A program made the position numbers and the translations under genes. Under the pieces are notes generated by a model. That model ran no database searches. It was given only the letters and a program-made list of their open reading frames with translations, and was not told where the DNA came from. Source: Auanema rhodensis (taxonomy: Eukaryota; Animalia; Nematoda). From it: DNA of 64,000 bases. The stretch is from the NCBI GenBank assembly GCA_964057225.1, contig OZ059896.1, positions 17,484,001-17,548,000 on the forward strand, in the 5' to 3' direction. Positions 39,312 through 51,943 of this stretch are shown one piece after another. Each line of letters starts with the position of its first letter. Positions within the stretch are counted from its first letter, which is position 1.

Positions 39312-42300
39312 TTAGCGACATCCTCGACCGAAAATAGCTTTCCAAAAGGCTTTGAAACGGCCACCTTCACGCTTGATTTTTGTTTTGGAACGAAGGTCTT
39401 GGAGTCGTTGGAGGCGTCTGAGCTCAATAAGATGATCATCGATCATTTGAAGTCGTTGATCAGCTCTACGGACGTCGTCTTCGGGTAGGTTAGATTCAGC
39501 TGAGCGGGCACGAGCAGCTTCAATGATAAGAAGGGCAACGGTAGCTTGGTCACAGACATCAGAAAAAAGATGACAGAGGTAAGCCAAATCATCTAAGCAA
39601 TCAACTCGCTCGGGATGACAGGCAGGGAATGATTTGGCAGCAATCTTCATAATTTGGGCATAGGCGAACTGTACGCTCTTCCAGATGTTTTTACGGCTGG
39701 TACGTCCTTTCTCATTACGTTTGCGAGAAAGTACATTGAGTTGATAGAAACAGTTGAGAAGAGCATCAGCAAAGAGAGGGAGATCCTCAGCGTGAACCTC
39801 ACCATAGGTGATTTCGGTGATGATTTGAGTAGCTTGAAGATACGCAAGCTTTCTCTCTTCAATAGTGTCTTTTGGTGAGATAGAGTCAAGGATCATTCCA
39901 AGTTGTGTGGAGTTTTCATCCGAATTAAGAATAGCAAGAAGGGTTGAGAGAGCTTCTCTGGTAAGAGAATCATCTGATCTGAGGGATAGTCTAGATTGAC
40001 GAACAGCAGAGTCTGAAAAGGAGAAAATAAGCAAAATTGTATAACAAATATGTGAAAAAAAAGAAAAAGAGGTAAACGAAGTAGAAACTCACTGCTTTTC
40101 TTCAATCGGTTTTGTTGCAGTTGCTCATCTCCGTTATGCTTTTCAGTTTGTACACTCTTCTCTAACAAGGTATTCATCTTAGTAATTCGAGAGAAGTTGT
40201 GAATTTGTTGATTACGAATAACACTGAAAAGAAGAAAATAAATAAAATAATATTATATTATATTCTAAATAATATATGAAAGAAATCTATATGAACGATA
40301 TGATAAAGGTGCGAATGAATAGACATCTACAGAGATAGAGATGAAGAGAGTGAGCGGATAAAACTAGATATTTGAACAGTCGAAAGATACTTCAAGAGTG
40401 TTTTCCGCTCTCTAAGCTTCATCGCCTTTCTCCAAATTCTCTTTCGCAACATTATACATATATAGATAGTTGATCACAAAGAGATATTACTTTCATTTCT
40501 GTAAATAGGGAAGAAAAACGAACTTGAGTTTAGTAGGTGGAATAAGCTTTGGCTCTTCGACTCTGTGAATAGTTTTATCGATGTGCGATAGTACTTCGCT
40601 GAGTAGTGTCTGCTTTTGAGCATGAAGGATAGGAGTATGGCTTGAACCTTTGCGTCCAATTTCCTTTAGACGATGATCGAATGCGTCTGATGCATCAAGC
40701 ATCTTACGACGGATTTCACGAAGCTCTGACAGCACCTAGAAGAAGATAGCGTTGCAGAAGCGGTTCGATGTAAGAAAATGCTAAACATACCTTAAGTTGG
40801 CTAGTTTCCATTTGTGGAATTGAAAAAAGACGATGACCGTTATGGCTATTGACACAACACTCAAGGCAGGAGTATTTCTGAAAAATCAGGATAGATTAGA
40901 AAGGGTTTTTATTTATCACATAACAAGATGAATAATTAGAAAAAAAATTAGAAAAAGTTCAGAGGAATGTGATCAAGAAGGGTTTTTACTCACCAAAGTT
41001 CCAGAATTGTTGCACATGACACAGTAGCGAGCGATCTTTGCAAGATTTTTGGATGACAATTTACGGTGACAATCCAGGCATCTGTAAACAATAAAATATA
41101 ATAAAAATTAATTGAATTACAGTAATGAAGCATGAGATAGTGTGAGATGAGATGGAGGGGCGGACATCCAAAACAGCTGGCAGTTTCAAATACGGTCTGG
41201 CCTTGTGCCAAAGGTATCATATTGCCATTCGATTTGTTGTCGACTTTCTTACCCACTCACTCATCAGATCATTGAACTCGTTTTGAATGATGTTTCAAAT
41301 TGCATTAAGTGGTGTTTATATAGAAAACATGTAAACAAGCCGATATTCGACCCGAATTTTCATTTTTTTGACAATATAAACCAGTAATCTTTATATATTT
41401 TATGGAAAAGACGATAAAACACATACCTTTGATGCTTTGCTTCACGACTCTTCTCAGCTAGACTTCTGACAGCAGTTCCTAACTTCTTCTCTCGTTCGAT
41501 TACAGTAACTTCAGGAGTATGAAGTACAGTAGTGTTATTGAATTCTCGTCCACGTTGAACGGTTTCGAGCATTTCTGAAGAGAATAATCTTAATTTTCCC
41601 GGAAATATCATCAACATCTATATTTGTGTCAAACACCAGCTGCCATCTGGCTATAATTAGAGGATTGGCTTTCAAAAAAACTGAATATAATGAAGGAAAT
41701 ATGATAATATTCTATCCTTTTTCATCTCAGAAGCTTGGATTAGAAGAGAAGCATATGATGATGATGATGCAAATCGAAAACAATATTATGGCACTTATGA
41801 CCTAATTTGATTTTCTGCTTTTAGAGCTTAGATATGAATGTTGTAATCATGTATTAATGCTTACTCAGCCTATGTCATGCTGTCTAGAGTTATGAACTGT
41901 CAGGAGGAGTTGATGGCACACTGACTGTAAAACGATCACATCACATGACCTTATAGAGTATAAGGGTGATATGACTTCGAGGAGGAAAAAGTTCATAAAA
42001 TGGTTATTTGGGAATTTGTTGAAAACCCAAAAGGAAACTGTTTTATTGCAAAATCTTCAATGTTTTTCTTGAAAAAAAATGAAAAATGTGGATGAAGATG
42101 AAATAGATCAAGTTGATGCTGAACCAATGGATTACATGCATCATTAAGTATTTTTCTTGTAGATGTTTTTTTTTTGAAAACGTGAAGGACTAGAAGAACT
42201 TTTGTGGGAAAAGGAATAGAATTTGTAGACTGGATTTAGTGAATTCTGATAGTTTGTATAAGCAGGACAAGAGATTATCTGCTCACAACATCTTCACAGT

Positions 42301-42771
42301 CATTCTACACAGCACGGAGCTCAAGTGCTAGGCGTCTAATGGGGGGTGATTAGATAAGACAATTGTTTGGTATAGACTGAGAACCAGAAAAAAAACCAGA
42401 AAAAAGCGGAAGGTTTTGAATTTTAAAAAATATTTTGTTTGGCGGAAAACTTACTACATAAGTCGTAATTGGTGGGAGCTGAACGGGCAACAGCAGTGCT
42501 GAACGATGCACGACAAGTAGGGCAATTGATGGAATCCAATAGATAATACTATAAGAAAGAGTATATTGAAAACTGTTTATGTACAGATGATACTTACCTG
42601 TTGATGACAACAGATGCTAAACAGGCATTGTTCACAGAAGTTATGTCCACAGGGCAGTATCTTAGGTGGACGATGCTGAGCATCAAATGGCTCCATGCAT
42701 ACTTCGCATGAGATAACTTCGTCTCCTTCAATAAGGAAGGATACTAAACGGCCACACGTAGTGTCGACCAT
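39312..42771 (-). CDS. TRIM-like protein: C3HC4 RING, B-box-like Zn finger, coiled coil and a divergent 14-3-3-like helical domain; probable E3 ubiquitin ligase, about 8 exons
   Basis: The ATG at 42771 follows GTTTTAG. RING: CEVC...PKILPCGHNFCEQC...INCPTCR...APTNYDL. B-box-like: CLDC...CVMC...SCLECCVNSHNGH. Then a heptad-rich segment and a large last exon (ORF 39312-40034). All splice phases I checked are compatible. Confidence 0.85.
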
Positions 42772-44760
42772 CTCTAAAACAGACAAAAAAATTAGTGAAA
42801 TTCTGCTAGAAGACAGGAAAAAACGAATGAAAACAGTTGAAAGATTGAAGAACAAAATCGGAGGATAAGCACCTCGAACAAGGAGGTAGAATAGACGACA
42901 GCAGGTGAGATTGCAAGAGAAAAAACATCTGTTAGAACATGAGAAAAGAGCCGACACGAGAAAGAAAGAGAGAATAGGCTGAAAATCAGATGATGAGATA
43001 AGATTTGGTAAATCAAATATATTTTTTAAAATATTGAAATTTTAGCAGAAATATTTGCAGAGTGCAACGATTTAAATCTAAAGAGCTAAATTAGGTAACT
43101 AGAATGACGTCGTCATTCCAGCAGCAAAAAAGAAATAGAAAAAACTGTGTGATGATGGCAGTGTCATTCGATAGAAATTTCATTGAAAGGACATTTAGAC
43201 ATGAAACTATCAAAGCGGGTGAGTCGCCCGAATTAACATTAGAAAACCGGCAAGTTTCTTCAGAATCTTGCGACATTTAATTGTTGAAATCAGAAAAAGG
43301 ATATGTAAATGCTTGTAATCAGAGATGAATTTTGAACAAAAAATCATTTGAAATATAAAGTGAAGAATAGAGAGAGGAAGTGAATTAATAGAAGTGAGAA
43401 CTGTAGAACGCTAAATGATTTGTATCGGAGACAAGGTGAAGTGTGAGGGAATAAGTGAATATGAAGTTGAAAGAGAAAAGAGATGAAGCAATGAGTCGTA
43501 GCTCTTGAAGATGGTATTCAACACATCTGTTCAGCTATTGTGCTAGAAAAGGGATGATGAATAAGATGGAAGATAATAATTTTGAAAACTTTTTGTTTAA
43601 AATTGTACTGAGACTAGGCAGTTGATAAACAGAAAAGAGACAAGAACGTTTTGAATGAATGAAGTCAGAAAAACTTGAACTTTATCTATAAAGAAAAGGA
43701 AAAGAGAGAGGAAGATTTACATAAAGAGATTATTAAGAAATAACACATTGAGATATGAAGAAAGAGCTCGAAGACAGAAGATGTTCTTCCTAGGCAGAGT
43801 GAATGAATGAATGAATGCAATAGCTCCAGACTATGTATAGAAAGTTGTCGGAAGAAATAGCATCATAAAGTTTTCGGAACCAAATTCAGAAAAGACTGGT
43901 TATGATTGTAAAAAAATGGCCCTTATAGACGGGAAGACTCGGCACAACTCTCAAATGAAGTTGATTCTGTGATCTTATGATTGTAAATAAATATAGACTG
44001 ACTGAAAATTCAGAAGTTTGTGAACTGCCCCCACAATGAAGGGAACCTGGCCAGATTAGCGTTCAGGCTGGTGAGAGAAGAACCTTAGAGGGTTGAGAGT
44101 ATGAGTAGATTAGTGCAGCAGTCGTCATGAACTGGGAAAAGAGCCAGACCATCAGATGAAAATGGTTGGAATGAAAAAGTTATGTGAAAAATGAGTATTA
44201 TAAGAATTTTGAAGATAAAACTACATAAGTTGACAGAAAAGTTGAATCAAATTCAAAAAAAAACTTTTGGTAAGTCACTAGAATGAAATATTGAGTTAGT
44301 AAAGAAGTTATTTCAATATAAATAAAAAAGAAATTGTTTATAGCATAAGTTTCTAAGAAAAAAATTTAATCTAAAATTTATAAAAAAAAACATTTGGTGA
44401 AAGAATGGTTCACGTCATGTGATATCAACTGAATGAGTTAAAGTAAATATGAGTAAGGTAACACATGAGTGACCAGTGGTCATGGTTTCTTATCTGATTA
44501 GTGCTTGAAACTTAGATAGAACTTGTGCCCGTTGCTAAGTTTGTTATCTGGTATATCCATCAGAAGTTGTAAGAGATCAACTGCACGAGCCGACCATCCA
44601 GACTGTTAGAACCTCCGGTCATCAAGGGGCGGATCGTCTTCTTGATTTACTGTGGCAAGCGAGAGAGAGAGACAGGGGAGGAGAAGATGGAAGGGCCGGG
44701 GTTCTTCTGGCTGATGTTGATGATGAATGGAAGAATAAGGAGATAGCTTGCTGTGTCCGG

Positions 44761-44777
44761 CTCCGCCCCTATTTATG
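44761..44777 (-). promoter_or_regulatory. Candidate core promoter for the RING gene: TATA-like CATAAATA abutting a GGGGCGGAG GC box
   Basis: The minus strand reads CATAAATAGGGGCGGAG inside a local GC-rich island (44580-44790), about 2 kb upstream of the ATG. A second GGGGCGG lies at about 44626. Confidence 0.3.
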
Positions 44778-47700
44778 AGTTAAGGGTCCTTGAAAATGAG
44801 TTTCTAGACATCCCGAAAGAATGAAGTAATCAGTCTGGTAATATCATAGAGCCTGATGATAAGAACAAAAAAATTGTGAAGTCCGATAAAACTTTGACAC
44901 CTTGGGAGATACAAAATACCTGAGGTATTGTCAGATTCACGGTGTCCTAAGCCTAATGGCATATTACTGTCTGAAAGTGTAACTAGCTGTAAGTATATCT
45001 TAGAGATATACTAATTTAGTAGTTTTTATCAATGAAATAAAAAAAATTATATTATTTAAACTATAAAACTAAAAGAATGAATGAACAATCATTTATAATT
45101 CTTGTATTTTATATTTAAAAATAGGCGTTATGGTTTAATACTTCAAAGTTGCAGAGTCTGAATAAAAGAATCATTAAAAAGATCATTAATTGAATCATAT
45201 ACGACAATTTCATATAACTTCTATATATTTTCAAATGAATTCTTCTAAATATAGTTTAATGACTTTGAAAAGTTTCAACTTAAGATTTTCATTATTGGTG
45301 GTCTACAAAATGATTTTATAGTTCATAGTCATTAGGAAATAAACGATGAAATGAATAATAAAACCTTTTTACAGAACCAGAAGATACAAACGACAAAAAT
45401 TTTCTTTCATTTATACCCAAATAAAGAATAAGAAGAAACTATCGTCATGTGTCGTTAGTCTGTATGTGAATTCAACTTTTAGTGTTGTTTATTAATAAAT
45501 ATATATATATAATATGATATAGTATATGAATATGAATTGAGAAGAAGATAAGTTTAAAGTTAGAAGAGAATGAATATTTGATGAATTCTTTCCAAATAGA
45601 TTAAAACTGGATAAAAAAGGTAAATAGGCTTTTAAATCCGTGAAAGGTTACTGACAATTACTGCTTGTTGCGCTGACAAAAGGTTGTCAACATGTTTGTT
45701 GCTGGTTTTATTCGATTTGACCCGAACTAGAGTAAGATATATGTATTTTATTCTTTTTGGATATAACTTTTTAGGTTGAAATCGTTTTACATAATATTCT
45801 TATGAGTAAATCAAAGTTCACGTGATGTGATTAACGTGTATTGCGTTTCTTCATTAATTCACGTAATCTCATTGTAAGAATATGCTAATTACTAGTATTA
45901 TATGTTACATTTGAATCTAATTTTCAAGGATATGAATGAGAAAATTTTAAAAATCAATTCGATTGCGTTCGTATGATATATAACCTCAAGTAGCTGAGAA
46001 AAATATCAAATTCGCATAGTTGGGAAGGGCAAGCCTGAACGAATTGACTTCGATCGAACATATAGACTAATGCGAGAAACTGATTTATCCTTCCGACAAC
46101 ATATAGATACTTCAATTAGAAGCTTATTCCCAGACTTCTTTCCGGTTAATAGTAGTAGTATAAACTTCTAGTTAAGTCAAGTGGCTTAAAGTTTTCCCAC
46201 CTAAGTGACTGCCACGTATAGCCGGATTACCGTATTTATCGGTCGGAAGGCTTTTGCATGGTAGAGTCGGATGTATATATCATATAGAATGGATAATGAA
46301 ACGCTAATAAATACGCAACAAGGCATGATGTGAATGAAGTAAGTAAGTCATGGATAGTCCATTGATACGTAAACTTCATAACCAATAAAGCTTGCAACAC
46401 CGCAAAAGGTAATCAAACACATGGCGTCATATGTTGGATCGCGTGCGAATGAGTAGCTTCCGTTGCGCAAAAAAATGAAAAAAGCCGAATAAATATAAGG
46501 ATGTGAATGAAAAAGTGAATAAGAACATTATTCCAAAAATTGTTAAGAAAACAATAGTAATTGAACGAAGAAATACCATTACTTGACTTAAAATCTGAAC
46601 AAATGGTATAAGATTTAGCTTTTAGACAAATAACTTGAATTGAAAGAAATCAAGTAAGATGATTAATCTTAAAACAACTACAACAAATCATCTTCATCTT
46701 TCAATGTCTATAAACAATTAGGATCTAGTTCAATTAAACTATGATGAAGTATGAAATAAGCTACGAAAATGCTTCGAAATCTTTGCTTATTGTGAAACAA
46801 ACATGAGGCGGCTCAAACTTCATTTAGAGAGTGAGTATGATATAATGGTATATGGCTTAGGTCATACGCATGATTCATTCAGTATTATCGAATTTTACAC
46901 CTTTCTAATCGATGTTATTATTGGTTGAAAAGGGGAGAGGGGGTGTGAACCACTTTTTTCTCATGAAAACATTGAAGTTCTTTCAGGTTTTACCTCTCTA
47001 GCTTTTCGAGAACGATGATGGGCGTCGACCCATATACGCTGCTGTTGGCAGTACAGCTGATGAATCTATTCGAAAGAGATAGCATCACTACCGACCTCGG
47101 CTGACAAGCCTGACAGGCGGCATACTCTTAAGACCATTATGTTTGCGGAAAATTCGGAAGAAACTTATTGAATTGTCTTCTGGATTGTTTTCTGATCTTT
47201 AAGTTTTTGTTGAAAGTCATCTCTCAATGTTATATCGGTAATTAGCGTTATGGGGGCTAGCAGAAAACTGATACGCTTGGGGGGTGGGGGTAGTAAAGAT
47301 ACAACCATCATGAGACTACCAGCAATGCATGTACAGACATTCAGTGTACAATCTGAAGCCGTTGGGATTGATGATAAATCTGGAATACAGAAATATGGTT
47401 CAGAATTTTCATCTGACTGCCAGAATCTTATCGTAAAAGCTTCCATTTGTGAAACACTTGACGTATATCATCTGATTTACAGCTCCTGTACATGAAGTAC
47501 AGTATGAATTGATATGGATACAGATGAACATGTTATTGAGAGTCAATTAACCAAGAATGTAAGATGCCTATAGGAAAGGTATGTTTCATTCAGCTATAGT
47601 TATATATCAGGATATCTTTTCCATCCTAACTATATGATATACAATTTTCCCAGTTATATTAAACTATTTCATATAGTTAAATCAGACTAATTTGACTTGA

Positions 47701-49771
47701 AGTAATGAACATAACATGCATCAACAAGCTGTCAGGTCGAGGATATACCGTAGCGGTCAGATGAAACAGGTTAGATGAACATGACAAGGAAGGGCACACT
47801 CCAACCTGTTATGTAATCGAGTAAGAAAAGTCCAAAAAACATATGTATATGGTCAAATGAGCACGAATAACAAGATTAGAATCTGGATTAGCTAATAGAA
47901 ACATAATAAAAAAAATAACAAAAGGATAAAAGATAAACATATATAATAAATAAAGATAATCAAACTAAGAAATCGGAAGAAATAAATTTTAATGACAGAT
48001 TTTTGTATCATTTGAAGATCATAAAATAATATTTATTGACATGATAGTAGTTTATGATAATAAGAAAATTCCGTTTGAAATGAAATAAACAATTTTTTCA
48101 AGAAATTCAAGTTTTAAGACACTTTTCCATATAATTCGCCATTTATATCAAACACATACAATAGTTACTAAAATAATGACGAGCATGACGATCTTATAAG
48201 TCGCCTTCGTCTTCTTTCAAGATATGATAGACATCTTTCATAGATTACGTTAGTGAGTTTCACAAAAAAACGAATAAGATGATGAAGTTCAGAGGCTTAT
48301 GATCATAATTATTATAATGAAATAGGAAAATCGGAAGAAAATAGCCAGAACAAGAGACGCACAGTTGGGAGTCAACATTGGATAAAAACTGGTTGATCTA
48401 AGATATATAGAAATATTTCTTAAACGATATATAAAGATATAGTTATCAAATATAAAAGGTGATATAATACGAAATGTGAATAAGAGGGAATTAAAATTTT
48501 TAATTCAATTAGTTGACTAATGATCTCTATTGTATGCTAGATAGAAGTGTTTAGCAGAAGTTTGAGAAATTAGCTTTAAATCATGTAGTCGGCGTTGGCA
48601 GACAAGTATTGTTGAAAGCCAGAGACATATTCAAATAAAAAAAACTTCTCGAAAACTTTAAAACCTTCTTAATATCGTAAACATCATAAAGAAGCTGAGC
48701 AATTAAGCAAAGTTAATGACTAGTTGTTTCCTTAAACGGGGGGCAACGATATCGGTTTCAACGTGAAAAGGGGGGGGGGAGATGAAGATGAAACCTGTTA
48801 GAAGTCTTTTAAGGAAATGCCGACATAAACTAGGCAGAAACCGTATACAGAAGAGAATTAGTTTGATTCAAAATAAGAGCGATAGATAGAGGGATTGCAG
48901 ATGGATGAGGCAATGTGTGCCAATGTAGCAAATCAGACTAGAAAGAGAGTTTTCGGAATATTCCAATTGTACTTCTCTCATCAAAACTTATTTGCCTTCA
49001 CTCAGTAGGTTGTCATGCCGGTGACCATTTCAAGATTTAAGGGATTTGCGATGATGATGATGTCCCGCATGGAACGTTATAGCTATCACTTCCATCACAG
49101 CTACTACTGTGTACACAACACCAAAATTGCCTTTATCCTCTCGGAAATTCTTTTAACCGTTTTAGCTGTGAGTGGTTATGTACATAAATGGATATAGTTA
49201 TAATATTGCTATGATTGACCTTATAAGTAGTAGCGGTTAGCTTACTAACTTTCTACCGAATATGTCATGAATATTAGAAGATAGTGAGAAGGGAAATCAA
49301 GTTTAAAAAATAGAAGCATAACTATAGTGATAATAAAAAAATTTAAATAAATAAAAAAAGATTTTGATAGAGATGTGAAGGAATGATGAATGAATAAACG
49401 AAAAAAAATATATATAAACAATAGAGCGAAATATTATATATTCTAACTAATATATTATTTTATTTAAGTATTATATATAATATAAAAAAATAAAATTAGT
49501 TGGTTAGTTATACGTATAGTTTAAAAAATAATAATTAGAACAACATTGCTATTACAGATCAACTGAACTAACTAACATATCTGCTAATTCACTGGCAGAA
49601 GTAGATCAATTGAAGGAGCAGATCAGATCAAGTAGCCAATAGTAATGACTCTAAGTAAAAATTGAAGTAAATGAAGAGATAATAATGAAGTGCATAAGAT
49701 CAAAACATACACAATTACTACTTAATACAACAGATGTAACTTATCTAAAACTCTATTATTGGTGATTATCC

Positions 49772-49802
49772 TGTCTGGGTTATGTCTGGGTTATGTCTGG
49801 GT
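49772..49802. repeat. 11-nt tandem repeat (TGTCTGGGTTA), about 2.8 copies
   Basis: Directly visible. Confidence 0.85.
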
Positions 49803-51853
49803 CTTGTACATCATGTTCAACTTTAGTCTATCAACTTAATTTAATGATATTTTATTATTCACATAGCAACAATACACAAAATAATAAATTATTCAAATAA
49901 AGTCTTTGATCAAAATGATACCGAAAGAATTTTTTGAAAATGTCAAGAAATGCCAAAAGAAACTTGATTGTGAAAACATGATCTATGTTTACGAGATGTG
50001 TCATATAGGCTCTAAGGTTTTAAGTTCCGACAAAGCAAATTTGAGTTTGCTTAATGAGCAGCAAAATCATTAAAAAGCAAGAAGGGAACTTTTTAAATTT
50101 GTATTCATTAGCCATAAAACGAAAAACTGAAAGTACTGAACTTTTGGATAGGCCTGGCAACCGATACAGTTCAAGTTGTTTAGGGCTTGTTTGTATTGCT
50201 CAGGGTAGAATGCCGGCAGCAGTTTTGGTGGAGAGCCACCAGCTTAAGCAAATTGAACTGCATATAGTTACTGTTTAACATGTTTGTTATTCAACATTAT
50301 AGCCATATTTTCAAAAAAACATTTCATAAAGATGAATGATGATAGTTTCGAACAGCTAAATACCGCTTTCAACCTAATTTAGAATTAATTTATTCACATC
50401 ATGTATGCGTCGCAATGAGATGTCATTCGAAAATCTCTTTGTTCCACCTTCTTCATGACATTTCAAATGCAAATATATGATTCTTCATTAATTTCATTTG
50501 ACAAAACGCCGATTCTCGAAGCAATTTTAGAGGAAAATAACAAGAAAATTCTATAATATGAATGTAGACGAATATACACATATACAATTATAAAAAGAAA
50601 AATACAGCCATCATACATAAGAGACAGCGATCCGATTGGTGAAGAGCAATTAGAGTTAGAAGTGTCTTGACCAGAGGCAAAAACGGAAATGTTTCAGGCA
50701 GAAATGTTAAGATAACTAAACGGTAGCATGAATGACCGGAACATATTGATGATATTGGAAAGGGTAGAAGGTATAAACTAAATGATCTCAAGTGTTTGAC
50801 CATGTCCTCAGTTGCGCTGTTCTCATGTATTTCATCCATCTGTTACATTATTCAAAGTCATCCAAGAGTTTTTTAGGTTCTTCTCAACTTCTGCTACTTT
50901 TGTTCACAGCTCTTTCTCGAAAGAACTTGAAGCAAGAGATAGTGAGAGAAAAAGAGAGAGATAAAGAAAGAGAGAACAAGAGAAGCAAAAACAAACGTGA
51001 TCGAGATTGCGTCATTCACATTAGTTTACTATAAAGTATAACCCTCTTCGATTAGCATATGTAGTGGTTATATGTATGCGCATTCGACTTTCTAACACTC
51101 AATACGGCATACTAAACAGCTTAAGATGTTAAATCTACTTCCTAATTAAGGTGGATTAAAATCTTTTACAGTCTTTAATTATCGTGGCAAACATTTTTCT
51201 ACAAATACAGCCTCATATAATTGATTTTGAAACACAACAACTGAAAATCATTTCAAAATTGTTTCGTTTCAGATCACTTTTTTTCATATAAGGTCATATC
51301 AATTTATGATCATTATGACTATTTTTCAAGATGTTTCTTTGACGGAAGTTGAGAAACATTATGGAAGAGCGCACAATGAACTATAAAAAAAGGAACAAAA
51401 AGCAAAAAAAAGCTGAAGGACATACGAATCGTTCATATAAATGTTCATATAATAATGAGTTCAGATACATAACTGATCAAAAGAATCATAATCAATGACT
51501 TCACTTAATCGTTTCATCTCAACAGTTTTTTTTTTTTTGAAAAAAAAAATGAATATGAAGAACAATGATGCGACATGTATTGTATATTTAGCACAAGAGC
51601 AAAATCTTTTTGAAAAGAAAATGATCACTGGCCATTTGTCAGATGATTAGCATACTGTAATTTTTCATGTCTTTTCATTTTTTTTCTGAAATTAACGGAA
51701 TTCATCTGCATGCAATAATTCTTTTATAATATTTTATTATTATAATTCATCAATAAATTATATATTACATTATATAAGTAACTGTCTTACTTATTTATTT
51801 TTATTTTCAAATTGTTGACACAATAATTTGAAAATATAAGCCGAAGCCTTTGA

Positions 51854-51943
51854 GTTAAGTTGCGCAGGATTATACCGTAATCTAGGCTAGTCGCCAGCTA
51901 GCCACCTGCTCTGCGCGGCTTGGCATTTTGGCATCAAATTGCC
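51854..51943 (+). ncRNA. Candidate structured RNA: three-way junction, AUUUUGG, then a small hairpin
   Basis: A 14-bp closing stem with 4 G.U pairs encloses two hairpins. See findings. Confidence 0.3.

Noticed and set aside
39654-39878. Antisense ORF over the RING gene (similar cases at 2073-2372 and 59169-59414)
   Set aside because: Shadow frames of real exons on the opposite strand.
31413-42771. Idea that the RING gene and the PDZRN-like gene are two halves of one split PDZRN3 (RING-PDZ) gene
   Set aside because: The RING gene has TRIM-type architecture, its own stop codon and an AT-rich 3' region. No PDZ exon lies between the two genes.
49772-49802. GGGTTA-containing repeat as an interstitial telomere or CRISPR-like array
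   Set aside because: Fewer than three 11-nt units, no spacers, and not the nematode TTAGGC repeat.
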